Shown: one piece after another, positions 45,431 through 55,607 of the stretch
Layout of the letters: every line of letters begins with the position of its first letter
How positions within the stretch are numbered: the first letter of the stretch is position 1
Source of the DNA: Rhodospirillales bacterium
GTDB taxonomy: Bacteria > Pseudomonadota > Alphaproteobacteria > Rhodospirillales > Casp-alpha2
Assembly (NCBI GenBank): GCA_965229805.1
Contig: CBDDJO010000002.1
Location: 925,811 to 989,810, forward strand
DNA length: 64,000 nucleotides
Reading direction: 5' to 3'
The notes under the pieces: generated by a model
What the model was told of the DNA's origin: nothing
What the model saw: only the letters and a program-made list of their open reading frames with translations
Databases searched by the model: none
Made by a program: the position numbers and the translations under genes

Positions 45431-47086
45431 ATGACGGAACGTGAGCAAATGGAATTCGATGTAATTATTGTCGGCGCGGGGCCATCCGGCCTGAGTGCGG
45501 CGATCCGCCTGAAACAGCTCGCTGAGTCTTCGGGCCGGGATATCTCTGTCTGCGTGCTCGAAAAAGGATCGGAGGTCGGCGCACACATCCTGTCCGGTGC
45601 AATCCTTGAGCCGACAGCACTGAATGAACTGTTGCCGGACTGGAAGGAACTCGGTGCACCGCTGCATACCCCCGTGGCGCAGGAAAAGATCATGTTCCTG
45701 TCAGAAGCGGGTGGGCTCACGCTGCCGGGTGTATTCATACCACCGGCCATGCGGAACCACGGAAACTACATCATCAGCCTTGGCAACCTGTGCCGCTGGT
45801 TGGGCGAACAGGCCGAGGCCGCAGGGGTAGACGTGTATGCCGGGTTTGCTGCCGCTGAAATGATCTGTGACGATGATGGCGCCGTTGCGGGCGTTATCAC
45901 CGGCGATATGGGCGTCAACGCCGACGGTACTCAATCGGCCAACTTTGAGCCGGGAATAGAGCTACGTGCCAGGTACACACTGCTTGCCGAAGGGTGCCGG
46001 GGGCATCTCGGCAAGGAAGTGAAGCAGCGCTACGATCTGGAGAAGGACTGTGAGCCGCAAACTTATGGTATCGGTATCAAGGAACTGTGGGAGGTAGAAC
46101 CGGACAAGCACAAGCCCGGTCTCGTCGTGCACACGGCGGGTTGGCCCCTGGACAATGGGACTTACGGCGGCTCTTTTCTTTATCATCTCGAGAATAATCA
46201 GGTGGCGGTCGGGTTTGTCGTCGGATTGGACTACAGCAACCCGTATCTCAGCCCCTATGACGAGTTTCAGCGGTTCAAGACGCATCCGAAGATCGTCGAG
46301 ACATTTAAGGGCGGCCGGCGGATTTCTTACGGCGCACGCGCAATCAACGAAGGCGGGTTGCAGTCGATGCCTAAAATGACCTTTCCTAGCGGGGCGCTGA
46401 TCGGATGTGACGCCGGTACGCTCAACATGCCAAAGATCAAGGGATCTCATACGGCGATGAAGTCGGGCATGCTTGCAGCGGAAGCAGTTTTCGAGGAATG
46501 GGCGGAGCCGTCCCGCCAAAGCCCAGAACCAGCATCATATGCAGGCCTGATAAGAAACTCGTGGCTGTACAAAGAGCTTTATCGCGCACGGAACGTCCGG
46601 CCGTCATTCAAGTGGGGTCTGATCATCGGGACACTTTATACGGCGCTCGATCAGATTGTCTTCAGAGGCAACGCCCCCTGGACGCTTTCCCATGGGCATG
46701 TTGACCATGAGAAATTGATCCCGGCCGATCAGGCAACGCCGATCCAATATCCAAAACCGGACGGCGAAGTCTCATTCGACAAGCTTTCGTCCGTGTATTT
46801 ATCAAACACGAATCATGCTGAAAATCAGCCTTGTCATCTTCAGTTGCGGGACCCGGAACTGCCGGTACAACACAACTATCAGCGCTACGCCGGACCGGAG
46901 CAGAGGTTCTGCCCGGCGGGCGTCTACGAGTTCGTCGAAGACCAGAAGGCGGAAGACGGCGTGCGCCTGCAGATCAATTTTCAAAACTGCGTTCACTGCA
47001 AAACATGCGACATCAAGGACCCGAACCAGAATATAAACTGGGTTGTTCCAGAAGGCGGGAACGGGCCGAACTATCCAAATATGTAG
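45431..47086 (+). CDS. Electron-transferring-flavoprotein:ubiquinone oxidoreductase (ETF-QO)
   Basis: FDVIIVGAGPSGLSAAIRL FAD fold and the C-terminal 4Fe-4S segment CPAGVYEF...NCVHCKTCDIKDP. Confidence 0.9.
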   Translation: MTEREQMEFDVIIVGAGPSGLSAAIRLKQLAESSGRDISVCVLEKGSEVGAHILSGAILEPTALNELLPDWKELGAPLHTPVAQEKIMFLSEAGGLTLPGVFIPPAMRNHGNYIISLGNLCRWLGEQAEAAGVDVYAGFAAAEMICDDDGAVAGVITGDMGVNADGTQSANFEPGIELRARYTLLAEGCRGHLGKEVKQRYDLEKDCEPQTYGIGIKELWEVEPDKHKPGLVVHTAGWPLDNGTYGGSFLYHLENNQVAVGFVVGLDYSNPYLSPYDEFQRFKTHPKIVETFKGGRRISYGARAINEGGLQSMPKMTFPSGALIGCDAGTLNMPKIKGSHTAMKSGMLAAEAVFEEWAEPSRQSPEPASYAGLIRNSWLYKELYRARNVRPSFKWGLIIGTLYTALDQIVFRGNAPWTLSHGHVDHEKLIPADQATPIQYPKPDGEVSFDKLSSVYLSNTNHAENQPCHLQLRDPELPVQHNYQRYAGPEQRFCPAGVYEFVEDQKAEDGVRLQINFQNCVHCKTCDIKDPNQNINWVVPEGGNGPNYPNM

Positions 47087-47119
47087 CTAACGCATTGAAA
47101 TAGTATTGATTTCACACAC

Positions 47120-48337
47120 TTAGTCTTTCGCCACAGTCCCGGCCTCTTGAAGGTTCCGGACCTCGTCTTCTGTATAGTTCAATACGGACCTGAGGACCTC
47201 GGTCGTGTGCGCACCAAGCTGAGGGGCAGCGACAGGGTCTTTTCGCTCGAGTTCGGAGAACGTACCGGCAAATCCCGGTGCCGGATAGTCTTCGCCGCTG
47301 GGGTGGCGCAGGTTCCGGTATAATGGATTGGTTTTGACGAGTTCAGGTGTGTGTTCGTAGGCTTCTTTGACAGTCCGGTACACATCCCAGCAGACATTAT
47401 TTTCCTTAAACAGATTGGTTATCTCTTCGAGTGAATGGCGCTGGACGGCGTCGGCCACCATTGGATTGATTCTGTCGCGATGGCGGAAGCGTGTCCCCTC
47501 ATCTAGGGTGAAACTGACGCCAAGCTCCTGTTCGAGGCGGTCGATAGATGACGTGAGCTGCAGTGCCTCGATCAATGATGTCCATTGCCGGGGCGTCAGT
47601 GCAACGATCATGACACGTGCGCCATCCCTGGTCTGGAAATCACGACCGAATGCGCCGAATAGATCATTGCCGTAGCGGGGCCGGTCGTGTCCGCTCGAAA
47701 TCACTTCCCCCAGCATCCCCAGATTGGCGATGGTGGAGAATGCAACATCGCTTAGCGGGATACGGACTTCGCCGCGAATACCGGTTTCACTGCGATTTCT
47801 TTCCGCTGCGATAAGGGAGAGCGCTGCCATTGAACCCGTCATCAGGTCCCATGCCGGCAGCACATGGTTGGTTAGCTCTTGCCTGTCGCCTGGGCCGGTC
47901 AGTGATGCGATGCACACGGCGGGGTTGATCGTGTAGTCGACGGCGCTGGTCCCGTCCGGCCAGCCCATCACCCGGACCGTAATCTGATCGGGACGGGTCT
48001 TGCAGAGGTTCTCGTGTGAGAGGAAACCGTGCGACGGAAAATTGGTCAGCAGAATACCGGCCCGCGGCCCGGGCGCGCAGGCAAGCTTCACGAGAATTTC
48101 CCGGCCAGCCGCCGATTTGAGGTCCAGGGCGACGGATTTCTTGCCGCGGTTAAGGCCTTCTCAGAACAGGCTGTGTCCGTTGGCGCTGAGCGGCCAACGG
48201 TGAAAATCCGGCCCGCCACCTATTTGATCAATGCGGATCACTTCCGCGCCAAGCTGGCTTAGATATAGCCCGGCCGATGGTGCGGCGACGAAGGACGATG
48301 CCTCGATTATCCGAAAACCTTTCAAGAGGTCATACAT
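47120..48337 (-). pseudogene. Family III (CaiB/BaiF) CoA-transferase interrupted by an in-frame TGA
   Basis: The minus strand from the ATG at 48337 reads MYDLLKGFRIIEASSFVAAPSAGLYLSQLGAEVIRIDQIGGGPDFHRWPLSANGHSLF-TGA-EGLNRGKKSVALDLKS... and continues in frame into listed ORF 47120..48091. The stop at 48161..48163 falls where this family usually has W or Y before E-x-x-N-R-G-K. Confidence 0.75.
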
Positions 48338-48414
48338 CGCCCGCAGCTCTATCTGGATTGAACACGAAATATCTCCGAATAGGCACGTTGATGCCTGAGA
48401 GACGGCAGTCTAAA

Positions 48415-48433
48415 TTATTCAATCAGTGAATAA
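48415..48433. promoter_or_regulatory. Palindrome in a divergent promoter region
   Basis: TTATTCA-ATCAG-TGAATAA (perfect 7-bp arms) lies between the CoA-transferase pseudogene and the E1 gene. Confidence 0.35.
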
Positions 48434-48580
48434 AAAATTCAAAATAAATGACAATTGGTGCCTGCACAGGTAAGATTTGTCAAACTCGGAGCAGGCCGGG
48501 ATTGCGTGTTTTGTGTTGATTGCAGCCTGGATGGCGGAATGCCTTTCCGCCATGCCCAACCTACGAATCTGGATACGGAA

Positions 48581-51283
48581 ATGAACCACGAACTCTATAT
48601 CCCGTTCTCTGGCGAGAATTCTTTCTTCTTTGAACTTTATCGGCGTTACCAGCGTGATCCTCAGTCTGTGCCGATCGACTGGCGTATCCATTTCGAAGCA
48701 CTGGATGATGATGAAAAATCGGGTCAGGCATCGGGGACGGCGGACGCGACCGCTCAGGCTCTGGTTGCGGTATATCGTCAGGAAGGTCACCGGGTGGCGA
48801 GCCTTGATCCGTTGGGTCTCTCGTCAGGCAATCCAGGTGCAACGATGGCAAGCTTGCGCGAAAAGGCAGCCGCGACGGACAGTCAGTGCCGATACAGGCT
48901 CGCCGGCGAGGAACGGATCGGCCGGCTGCAGGATGTGGAGAAAGAGCTCCGCTCCATTTATGGCGGCACCGTAGCGCTGGAAGCCGGGCATATTCAGGAC
49001 GAGGCGGTGCGAAACTGGATATACGAAACGTATGAGCGGGAGATGCTGGCGCCACCGGATGCGGAGTCGCTGATCCGTGTCGGGGATACGATTGCCCGTG
49101 CCGACACCTTCGAGAATTTTTGTAAGATCAAATTCGTCGGAAAAAAGAGATTCGGGATTGAAGGCGCGGAAGGCAGTGTTGTCCTGCTACGAGAACTGCT
49201 GAGGCATGCGGCGCATGCCGGCGTTGCGGAAGTCGTCGCCGGCGGCATGCATCGTGGGCGGCTTGCGACGCTTGTGACGGTGCTGGGTAAGTCTCCGGCG
49301 TTGTTGTTTGCGGAACTCAAGGGTGCGGACCTCACCAACGCGAGCAGCGACTTCACCGGGGATGTGCCGTACCACCTGGGGCATACAGCGGAGCTCACCT
49401 TTGGCTCGCATGAGCTTAAGGTTTCGATATCTCCCCATCCCTCTCATCTGATGGTCGTCGCCCCTGTCGTATTGGGTTATGCCCGGGCTAAACGCGATAA
49501 ATCCGAGGGCAGAGCGATGAGCATCCTGTTGCATACCGATGCGGCGTTCGCCGGGCAGGGGCTTTCAGCAGAGATTATGCAGATGTCCGGTTTGCAGGGC
49601 TATGACACGAGCGGGACAGTGCACATCGTCGTCAATAACCAGATCGGGTTCAGTACAATGCCGTCGGAAGGACGTACGGCTTCATATTGCACCGACGTCG
49701 GAAAGATGATCGGCGTCCCCATTCTGCATGTAAATGGTGATGATCCGGACGCCATGCTGCGCGCTGCTCAAGTTGCTTTCTCATGGCGCCAGAAGTTTGG
49801 CCGCGATGTCCTGATCGATCTCGTTTGCTACAGAAAGAATGGGCATAACGAGTTGGACGAACCACGGTTCACCCAGCCGGGTATGTGGGACGTCATTGAT
49901 AATCACCGCACCGTATTCGAGATCGCGACCGCAAAGATTGCGGAAGTTGCGCCGTACGGCGTGGATCATGTCCAGAATACGGCAAAGGCTTTCCGGACTG
50001 AGCTGGAGGACGCATACGAAGCCGTCGAGGGCGCCTTTACCAATGCGTATCTGCACTACCAGGAAGGCTGGGAGAAGATCAGCGGCAGCGGCGCCGCGTT
50101 GCTCAGCCGAATAGAAACCGGCATTAATGCCAAATCTCTGGAAGCACTTCTTCGCCAAACAACGGAAATACCGGCCTCGGTCCAGGCGCATCCAAAAGTT
50201 GCCCGTTTCTATCAGGAACGGGTATCGAACGTGCTGGATGAAGACAAAGTGGATTTCGCGACAGCCGAGGCGCTGGCGATTGCATCGCTTCTGGATGAAA
50301 AGGTCTCGGTCAGGATTTCCGGTCAGGATTGTGTCCGTGGCACGTTCACGCAGCGCCACTGGCGCGTCCACGATTTGAAAGAGGCAGGCACCTGCACCCC
50401 GGTTGCGTTCGCAGCGAAGGATGGGGCGACGTTCGATGCGATTAACAGTCCGCTCACGGAGTATGGCATTTTAAGTTTCGAGTATGGGTACAGTACGAAT
50501 TCGCCGCAGGCACTCACGATCTGGGAGGCACAGTTCGGCGATTTTCTGAACTGCGCGCAGACTGTTGTTGATCAGTTTATTGTATCAGCCGAGTCGAAAT
50601 GGCGATTGAAATCCGGATTAGTGATCTCGTTACCGCACGGTCTGGAAGGGCAGGGGCCGGATCATTCGTCAGCCCGCATCGAGCGAATTCTTCAATCGTG
50701 TGCACATGACAATATCGTTGTCGTCAATCCGTCCACGCCGGCGAACCTTTTTCATGTTCTGCGTCGACAAATACACGCCTTCTGGCGAAAACCGCTTTTC
50801 CTGATCTCGCCGAAGTCGCCATTGCGCATGAAGGCTGCCGTTTCAAGCGTCGGCGACTTCATCGGTAAAAGTCATTTTCTGCCTGTTATCGGCGAGTCGA
50901 TTAAGGATAAAACCGCGATACGGCGGCTCATCCTCTGCTCGGGCAAGATATTTTACGACCTTGCAGCAGCGCGGGAAGATAATGGGCTCAACGATCGCGT
51001 CGCCATCGTCCGCATCGAACAATTGTATCCGTTGGATATGGAAGCCATCCTCAAAGAAATCGGATCATATGGGAAATGTCAGGACGTGATCTGGTGTCAG
51101 GAAGAAGCGGAGAACCAGGGTGCGTGGAAGTTCATCCGCGACAAGCTTCTGGAAGTGGACAGTGATTTGGCGCTGAAGATCGAATATCATGGCCGCGAAG
51201 CGTTGCCGGTCGCCGCCGGCGGTTCTGTCGACCGGCATGGCGCGGAACAGTCCGGGATCGTAAAGTCGGCTCTCGGCATTTAG
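48581..51283 (+). CDS. 2-oxoglutarate/2-oxoadipate dehydrogenase E1 component-like (SucA family), orphan
   Basis: About 900 aa. The N-terminus GENSFFFELYRRYQRDPQSVPIDWRIHF resembles SucA. Also has the RFGIEGAE, GMHRGRL and HGDAAFAGQG-like (HTDAAFAGQG) TPP region, and LPHGLEGQGPDHSSARIERIL. The start is uncertain (48539 or 48581). Confidence 0.8.
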   Translation: MNHELYIPFSGENSFFFELYRRYQRDPQSVPIDWRIHFEALDDDEKSGQASGTADATAQALVAVYRQEGHRVASLDPLGLSSGNPGATMASLREKAAATDSQCRYRLAGEERIGRLQDVEKELRSIYGGTVALEAGHIQDEAVRNWIYETYEREMLAPPDAESLIRVGDTIARADTFENFCKIKFVGKKRFGIEGAEGSVVLLRELLRHAAHAGVAEVVAGGMHRGRLATLVTVLGKSPALLFAELKGADLTNASSDFTGDVPYHLGHTAELTFGSHELKVSISPHPSHLMVVAPVVLGYARAKRDKSEGRAMSILLHTDAAFAGQGLSAEIMQMSGLQGYDTSGTVHIVVNNQIGFSTMPSEGRTASYCTDVGKMIGVPILHVNGDDPDAMLRAAQVAFSWRQKFGRDVLIDLVCYRKNGHNELDEPRFTQPGMWDVIDNHRTVFEIATAKIAEVAPYGVDHVQNTAKAFRTELEDAYEAVEGAFTNAYLHYQEGWEKISGSGAALLSRIETGINAKSLEALLRQTTEIPASVQAHPKVARFYQERVSNVLDEDKVDFATAEALAIASLLDEKVSVRISGQDCVRGTFTQRHWRVHDLKEAGTCTPVAFAAKDGATFDAINSPLTEYGILSFEYGYSTNSPQALTIWEAQFGDFLNCAQTVVDQFIVSAESKWRLKSGLVISLPHGLEGQGPDHSSARIERILQSCAHDNIVVVNPSTPANLFHVLRRQIHAFWRKPLFLISPKSPLRMKAAVSSVGDFIGKSHFLPVIGESIKDKTAIRRLILCSGKIFYDLAAAREDNGLNDRVAIVRIEQLYPLDMEAILKEIGSYGKCQDVIWCQEEAENQGAWKFIRDKLLEVDSDLALKIEYHGREALPVAAGGSVDRHGAEQSGIVKSALGI

Positions 51284-51315
51284 GTCTATCGGGTTAACAC
51301 CCTGACAGGAAGCAT

Positions 51316-52116
51316 ATGACGGCATTTGAACCTGTTAGAGCATTGGTGCGTGGCTTGGATGTTTTGCGTGCCGTCAGTGAGAACAGCAGGCTCACGGCAT
51401 CCGAGATAGCCAAGCGCCTGGATATTCCTCAACCCACAATTGTCAGAATATTAGAGACATTGATTGCCGTTGGTTACGTCTATCGTGATCTGGACGCAGC
51501 GACGTTCGGTGTGACGGCGAGAACCAAATCGTTGAGTAGCGGATACGATATGAGCTCGCGCGTGGCGCAGCTTGCTCAGCCGACGATCGAGGCGCTTCGA
51601 CAGGAGATCGGCTGGCCATCCAATCTGTCCGTTCCCGTCGGGCGGTCAATGGTCATCGCGTACACCAACCGTGCTGCGCATGGATTGTCGATGCCGGGCA
51701 GATTGGGCGCCCAGCTGCCGATGCTGGCGACCGCCACCGGTATTGTTTACCTGGCGAATCTTGATGATGCCGCTCAAAAGGAACTTCTCTCTGACCTCAA
51801 AAGCAGCAGCGATCCCTGGGACAGCTTGCCGACGCTTTGGAAGGGCCTGAAAAATAAACTGGAGCGTGTGAAGGCGCAGGGTTACGGGCTTGCGGAAGAA
51901 CAGTATCTGGACGCGATCTATCAGTCACGGCTTTGGGCCGTCGCCGTGCCGATCCATTCCAATCTGGGGGTCGAAGCGGCGATCAGCAGTCTGGTGCTCA
52001 GAGATGCCGGCGATCAAGCGGAACAGATAGAGAGAATCCTGCCGAATCTTCGGGATGCCGCACGTGAGATCGGCCGCAAGATAGACCTGGATCGGGGCAT
52101 CGGCGAGATCGAATGA
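51316..52116 (+). CDS. IclR family transcriptional regulator
   Basis: VRALVRGLDVLRAVSENSRLTASEIAKRLDIPQPTIVRILETLIAVGYV followed by an IclR effector domain. Confidence 0.85.
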   Translation: MTAFEPVRALVRGLDVLRAVSENSRLTASEIAKRLDIPQPTIVRILETLIAVGYVYRDLDAATFGVTARTKSLSSGYDMSSRVAQLAQPTIEALRQEIGWPSNLSVPVGRSMVIAYTNRAAHGLSMPGRLGAQLPMLATATGIVYLANLDDAAQKELLSDLKSSSDPWDSLPTLWKGLKNKLERVKAQGYGLAEEQYLDAIYQSRLWAVAVPIHSNLGVEAAISSLVLRDAGDQAEQIERILPNLRDAAREIGRKIDLDRGIGEIE

Positions 52117-52159
52117 CGCGGAGCGAGTGGGAGTGGTGTGATCTTTTTTGGAAACGCCT

Positions 52160-53013
52160 CTACTCGCCGGTCATGATCGTGCCGCGCATGGCCAGTCCAC
52201 CAATTTCAGACGCGGCCCAGACATCGTAGCAGCTGCCGTCGCTGTTTTTGTCGACGAAAACGGAAATCTCATCCCCGCAGAACAAGGGGGAGATGACTCT
52301 ATATTTATACTTATTGATCTTCGCCTCCGGATGACGGGCTCTGAAGGCTTCGGCGATAAGCGTGGCGGTCAGCGGCCGTGTACGACCAGTCCGGGATACC
52401 CCTCGACGTCTTCTGTATAAGGGCGGTCATAATGAATGCGGTGACTGTTGAAGGTCAGAGCCGAATAGCGAAACAGCATGATTTCATCGACGGTCGTTGA
52501 GCCAATTTTTTGTCCGTGATCCGGTGCCGGGACATGAGACCGCGCTTCTTTTGCGCGGGGCATTTCGCGATAAATTATGTCCTGCTCCTCGATCAGTGAG
52601 GTGCCAAACTGCCCTTCGTAGGTATGAGACAGCGTCAACAGCGTTAATGCTCCGTTGCGGCCAGTCTTCTCCGTGACATTAAGTATCTTGGTTATCTTTT
52701 TGAAGTGTTCCCCGATACGAAGTGTGCGCAGGTATTGAATGCGGCTGCCTGCCCACATGCGACGGGGCAATGCCACAGGCGGAAGGAAACCGCCTCTCAC
52801 CGGGTGGCCATCTGCACCGAGTTCTTTTTGCGGAACGGGTTTGTTGAAATACAACCAGTGACCGGTCGGCGGAAGCGGGCATTCGACTGAAGATTCGATA
52901 TTCTCGCTGTCCAGCAAAGCGGCCAAACCGGCAATGCGATCACCGTGTATTGTTTCTTCCGCCGCCGACGTACGTCCAATCCAATCCGATTTTGATTCCA
53001 TCGTTTGTGACAC
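52160..53013 (-). pseudogene. Double hot-dog (MaoC-like) acyl-CoA hydratase, itaconyl/mesaconyl-CoA hydratase-like, with a 1-nt frameshift
   Basis: The listed ORF ends ..EGYPGLVVHGR-stop at 52369. Shifting one base continues the conserved HG-PLTATLIAEAF...YRVISPLFCGDEISV...GGLAMRGTIMTGE to a stop at 52160. The lesion lies in the GGCCGC run at 52372..52377. Confidence 0.7.
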
Positions 53014-53052
53014 TTGTCCGATCCAGAGAAAATTTGTTGAGCGGGCGCAGCC

Positions 53053-54405
53053 TCAATGGAGGCTGCGATCACCAGACAATATTTCTGCGATCTGAGGCAG
53101 GGTATTCCCGTCACCCGTATTGCGGATCAGTTTGAACAGTTTCTCAGTGCCGTCACCGAGGACTGGCTCGACGAGAGCGTTGAACTTTCGCTCCATGCCT
53201 TCCCATCCAAGCGGATTGCCGGGATTGCCGATAGAGATCGGGGTTTCTGCGGAGACCTGTGACCCATCGCCGAAGTGTACCGTCATGGTTGCTGAGACTT
53301 CCGAGACGCCGTCAGTGCCGGTCAGGGTAACCTTTTCCATCAAGCTGCGGATTTTTGGATCGGTAATGCGATCCATATCGAAATCACGCTTGGTCGCGTC
53401 ATATCCGTTCAGGCCTAACGCCGCACAGTACTGATTGCTGAATTTGCCTTCGAGTGGCGTGTTCGGCGACGGCTTTCCTGCGAGACGAAGAACGGAAGGA
53501 TGGACGTTCACGATGACCTTGTCGATATTGTCCAAGTCGATTTTAGATGCAAGTTTCTGCCCGGTTTCAATGGTGGCGTGCGTCAAATTGCATGCCGCGA
53601 AAGGCTTGAACGTATCTTGGAGGATTTGCCAATCTTGACCGAACGAGAGCTTGGGAAAAGTCTTCAAGCCATCCTGGACGAGCGCAGCCGCCAAGGTCTG
53701 ACCCTCAGCTTCAAGCAAGTCGAGTTTCGATTCGAAACCGGCGGAAGCCAGCTCTGCAGAAAGCATCCCGTCCAGCGCGGCTTTGCCGGCATGGAGTGGT
53801 TTCGACATCGTCCCGAACGAGGCCACGAGCCCGATGCATTGGGTCGCAGCGGCACCCAGCGCATTCATGATCTGCTGTTCATTCAAGCCGTAGGCATAGC
53901 TTGAAGCGACGGCAGCCGATAGCCGCCCAAACACGGCCGTCGAGTGAATGCCGCGACCGGTGATCTCGTGACCGAGGCCGTTTCCACCCAGCCTCGAGGC
54001 GACCTCAAAGCCGTTTATGAATGCGTGGAGCGCGGTTTCGTCGTCCAGGCCGAGATGAGAGGCGGTTGCCAGCGTTGCCGCCCATGTAGGTCCGCTCAAG
54101 TGGGCAAGGCAGCCGAAATGCGTATCGTCGAAGTCCAGACAGTGGGCGAATGTCCCGTTCACGAAGGCCGCTGCTGTAGGGGCGTGATATCCAGAGAAAA
54201 ACATCGGCGCACGGCCGGTTGAAGACCAGGCCTTTGCGACGCTCATGGCTGATACGCCCGCCGGCTGGTCGAATGCGCCCAAGCCGACCGCACACCAGTC
54301 GGCCATGCACATGCGCGCGGCGTCCAGAACATTTTCCGGGATCTGCCTCTGCGGCGTTCCGGAAACATAAGAAGCAATTGTCCGGGCGTTTTCCGTGACA
54401 GTCAT
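53053..54405 (-). CDS. MmgE/PrpD family protein
   Basis: 450 aa; DWCAVGLGA, AFVNGTFAHCLDFDDTH and HSTAVFG are typical 2-methylcitrate dehydratase-family segments. Confidence 0.8.
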   Translation of the reverse strand: MTVTENARTIASYVSGTPQRQIPENVLDAARMCMADWCAVGLGAFDQPAGVSAMSVAKAWSSTGRAPMFFSGYHAPTAAAFVNGTFAHCLDFDDTHFGCLAHLSGPTWAATLATASHLGLDDETALHAFINGFEVASRLGGNGLGHEITGRGIHSTAVFGRLSAAVASSYAYGLNEQQIMNALGAAATQCIGLVASFGTMSKPLHAGKAALDGMLSAELASAGFESKLDLLEAEGQTLAAALVQDGLKTFPKLSFGQDWQILQDTFKPFAACNLTHATIETGQKLASKIDLDNIDKVIVNVHPSVLRLAGKPSPNTPLEGKFSNQYCAALGLNGYDATKRDFDMDRITDPKIRSLMEKVTLTGTDGVSEVSATMTVHFGDGSQVSAETPISIGNPGNPLGWEGMERKFNALVEPVLGDGTEKLFKLIRNTGDGNTLPQIAEILSGDRSLH

Positions 54406-55607
54406 GATGTGATCTCTCCCTTGTTCATGAAGGCTTTGATTTCGTCAGTTTGGCACCCGAGGTCCGCGAGTATCGCGGGGGCGTCGCCATTCAGGGCAGG
54501 GGCGCGGCCCCGTGTCGGCGCGGCAAGCCCCGTGCATGCCAATGGATTCGTGATATGCGGCACCTGTGGGTTGTCTTTAAATGCCACAGGGTCCAATAGG
54601 CCGCGGCCTTTTACATTCTCCGAGTGCAATGCTTCGCCAGGCGAAAGCACAGGCGTTATCGGCACGCCTTTGGCCTCCATCAAATCTATGATGTCGTCGC
54701 GGGTGTGAGCGAGGCAGTAATCGGAAATCGTCTTCCGATAAACCTCGGCGAGGTCGCCGTGATTGCTCAACCGGTCATGCGTGGATTCGTTCTCATTGAT
54801 CAGATCGTCCCGGCCGATGGCATGGCAGAATCCCTTCCAGAGCCGAGGCTCAAGCAGCGCCACCGCGACGGACTTCCCATCTTTCGTCCCATAGATGGCA
54901 TACCTTGGGTTTCCGCCCCAAACTTCCAATCGATTTGGGTCGTCTGTTTTCGCCGCGTCGGCCAATGCACCGGTCAGGGCAATATTGCTCATGCTGAACA
55001 GGCTATCGAACATCGATATATCCAGATAACAGCCTTCGTCCGTGGTATGCCGGCGAAGCAATGCCGATATAATGCCAATGCAAGCGACATTGGCGCCGGC
55101 AAAATCAGCGGCTTGAAAATGCGGCATCTGGGGTGGCACTCCATCTTTTGCGGCAACGCCCAGAACGCCTGTCTGACATTGAATTGCCAGATCGTGCCCG
55201 GAGATATGGGCAAGCGGCCCGGTTTGCCCGAAGCCGGTGATTGAACAGTAAACGATGTCTGGCGAGAGGGATTTTGCGGTTTCGTAGCCGATGCCAAGCT
55301 TGGCCGCGAGGCCAGGGCGAAATGACTCGACGACAACGTCGGCATTGTCGATGAGCCGGTGCGCAATCGCCAGATCGCCCTCATCTGTGAGATCTAGGGT
55401 GATACTTTTCTTCCCGCCGTTCACCCCGGTGAAATACACGCTGACGTCATCGACTTTCGGCGAATTGTGCCGGCTCCCATCGCCGATGTGTGGGGCCTCG
55501 ATCTTGATGACTTCGGCTCCAAGGTCGGAGAGAAACTGAGTGCACCAGGGGCCTGGCAGCAATCTGCTGAAATCGACGATCCTAATATTCTGTAACGGTA
55601 GATTCAT
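54402..55607 (-). CDS. Family III (CaiB/BaiF) CoA-transferase
   Basis: LQNIRIVDFSRLLPGPWCTQFLSDLGAEVIKIE, NGGKKSITLDL, and the GHDLAIQCQTG Asp region. Has a 4-nt overlap with the PrpD-family gene. Confidence 0.85.
   Translation of the reverse strand: MNLPLQNIRIVDFSRLLPGPWCTQFLSDLGAEVIKIEAPHIGDGSRHNSPKVDDVSVYFTGVNGGKKSITLDLTDEGDLAIAHRLIDNADVVVESFRPGLAAKLGIGYETAKSLSPDIVYCSITGFGQTGPLAHISGHDLAIQCQTGVLGVAAKDGVPPQMPHFQAADFAGANVACIGIISALLRRHTTDEGCYLDISMFDSLFSMSNIALTGALADAAKTDDPNRLEVWGGNPRYAIYGTKDGKSVAVALLEPRLWKGFCHAIGRDDLINENESTHDRLSNHGDLAEVYRKTISDYCLAHTRDDIIDLMEAKGVPITPVLSPGEALHSENVKGRGLLDPVAFKDNPQVPHITNPLACTGLAAPTRGRAPALNGDAPAILADLGCQTDEIKAFMNKGEITS

Noticed and set aside
48161-48163. In-frame TGA in the CoA-transferase gene, considered as selenocysteine or TGA-to-Trp recoding.
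   Set aside because: Many genes in the window terminate with TGA, so the code is standard. The aligned position is normally an aromatic residue rather than Cys/Sec. No SECIS-like hairpin is obvious immediately downstream. A nonsense mutation or base-call error is the simpler explanation.
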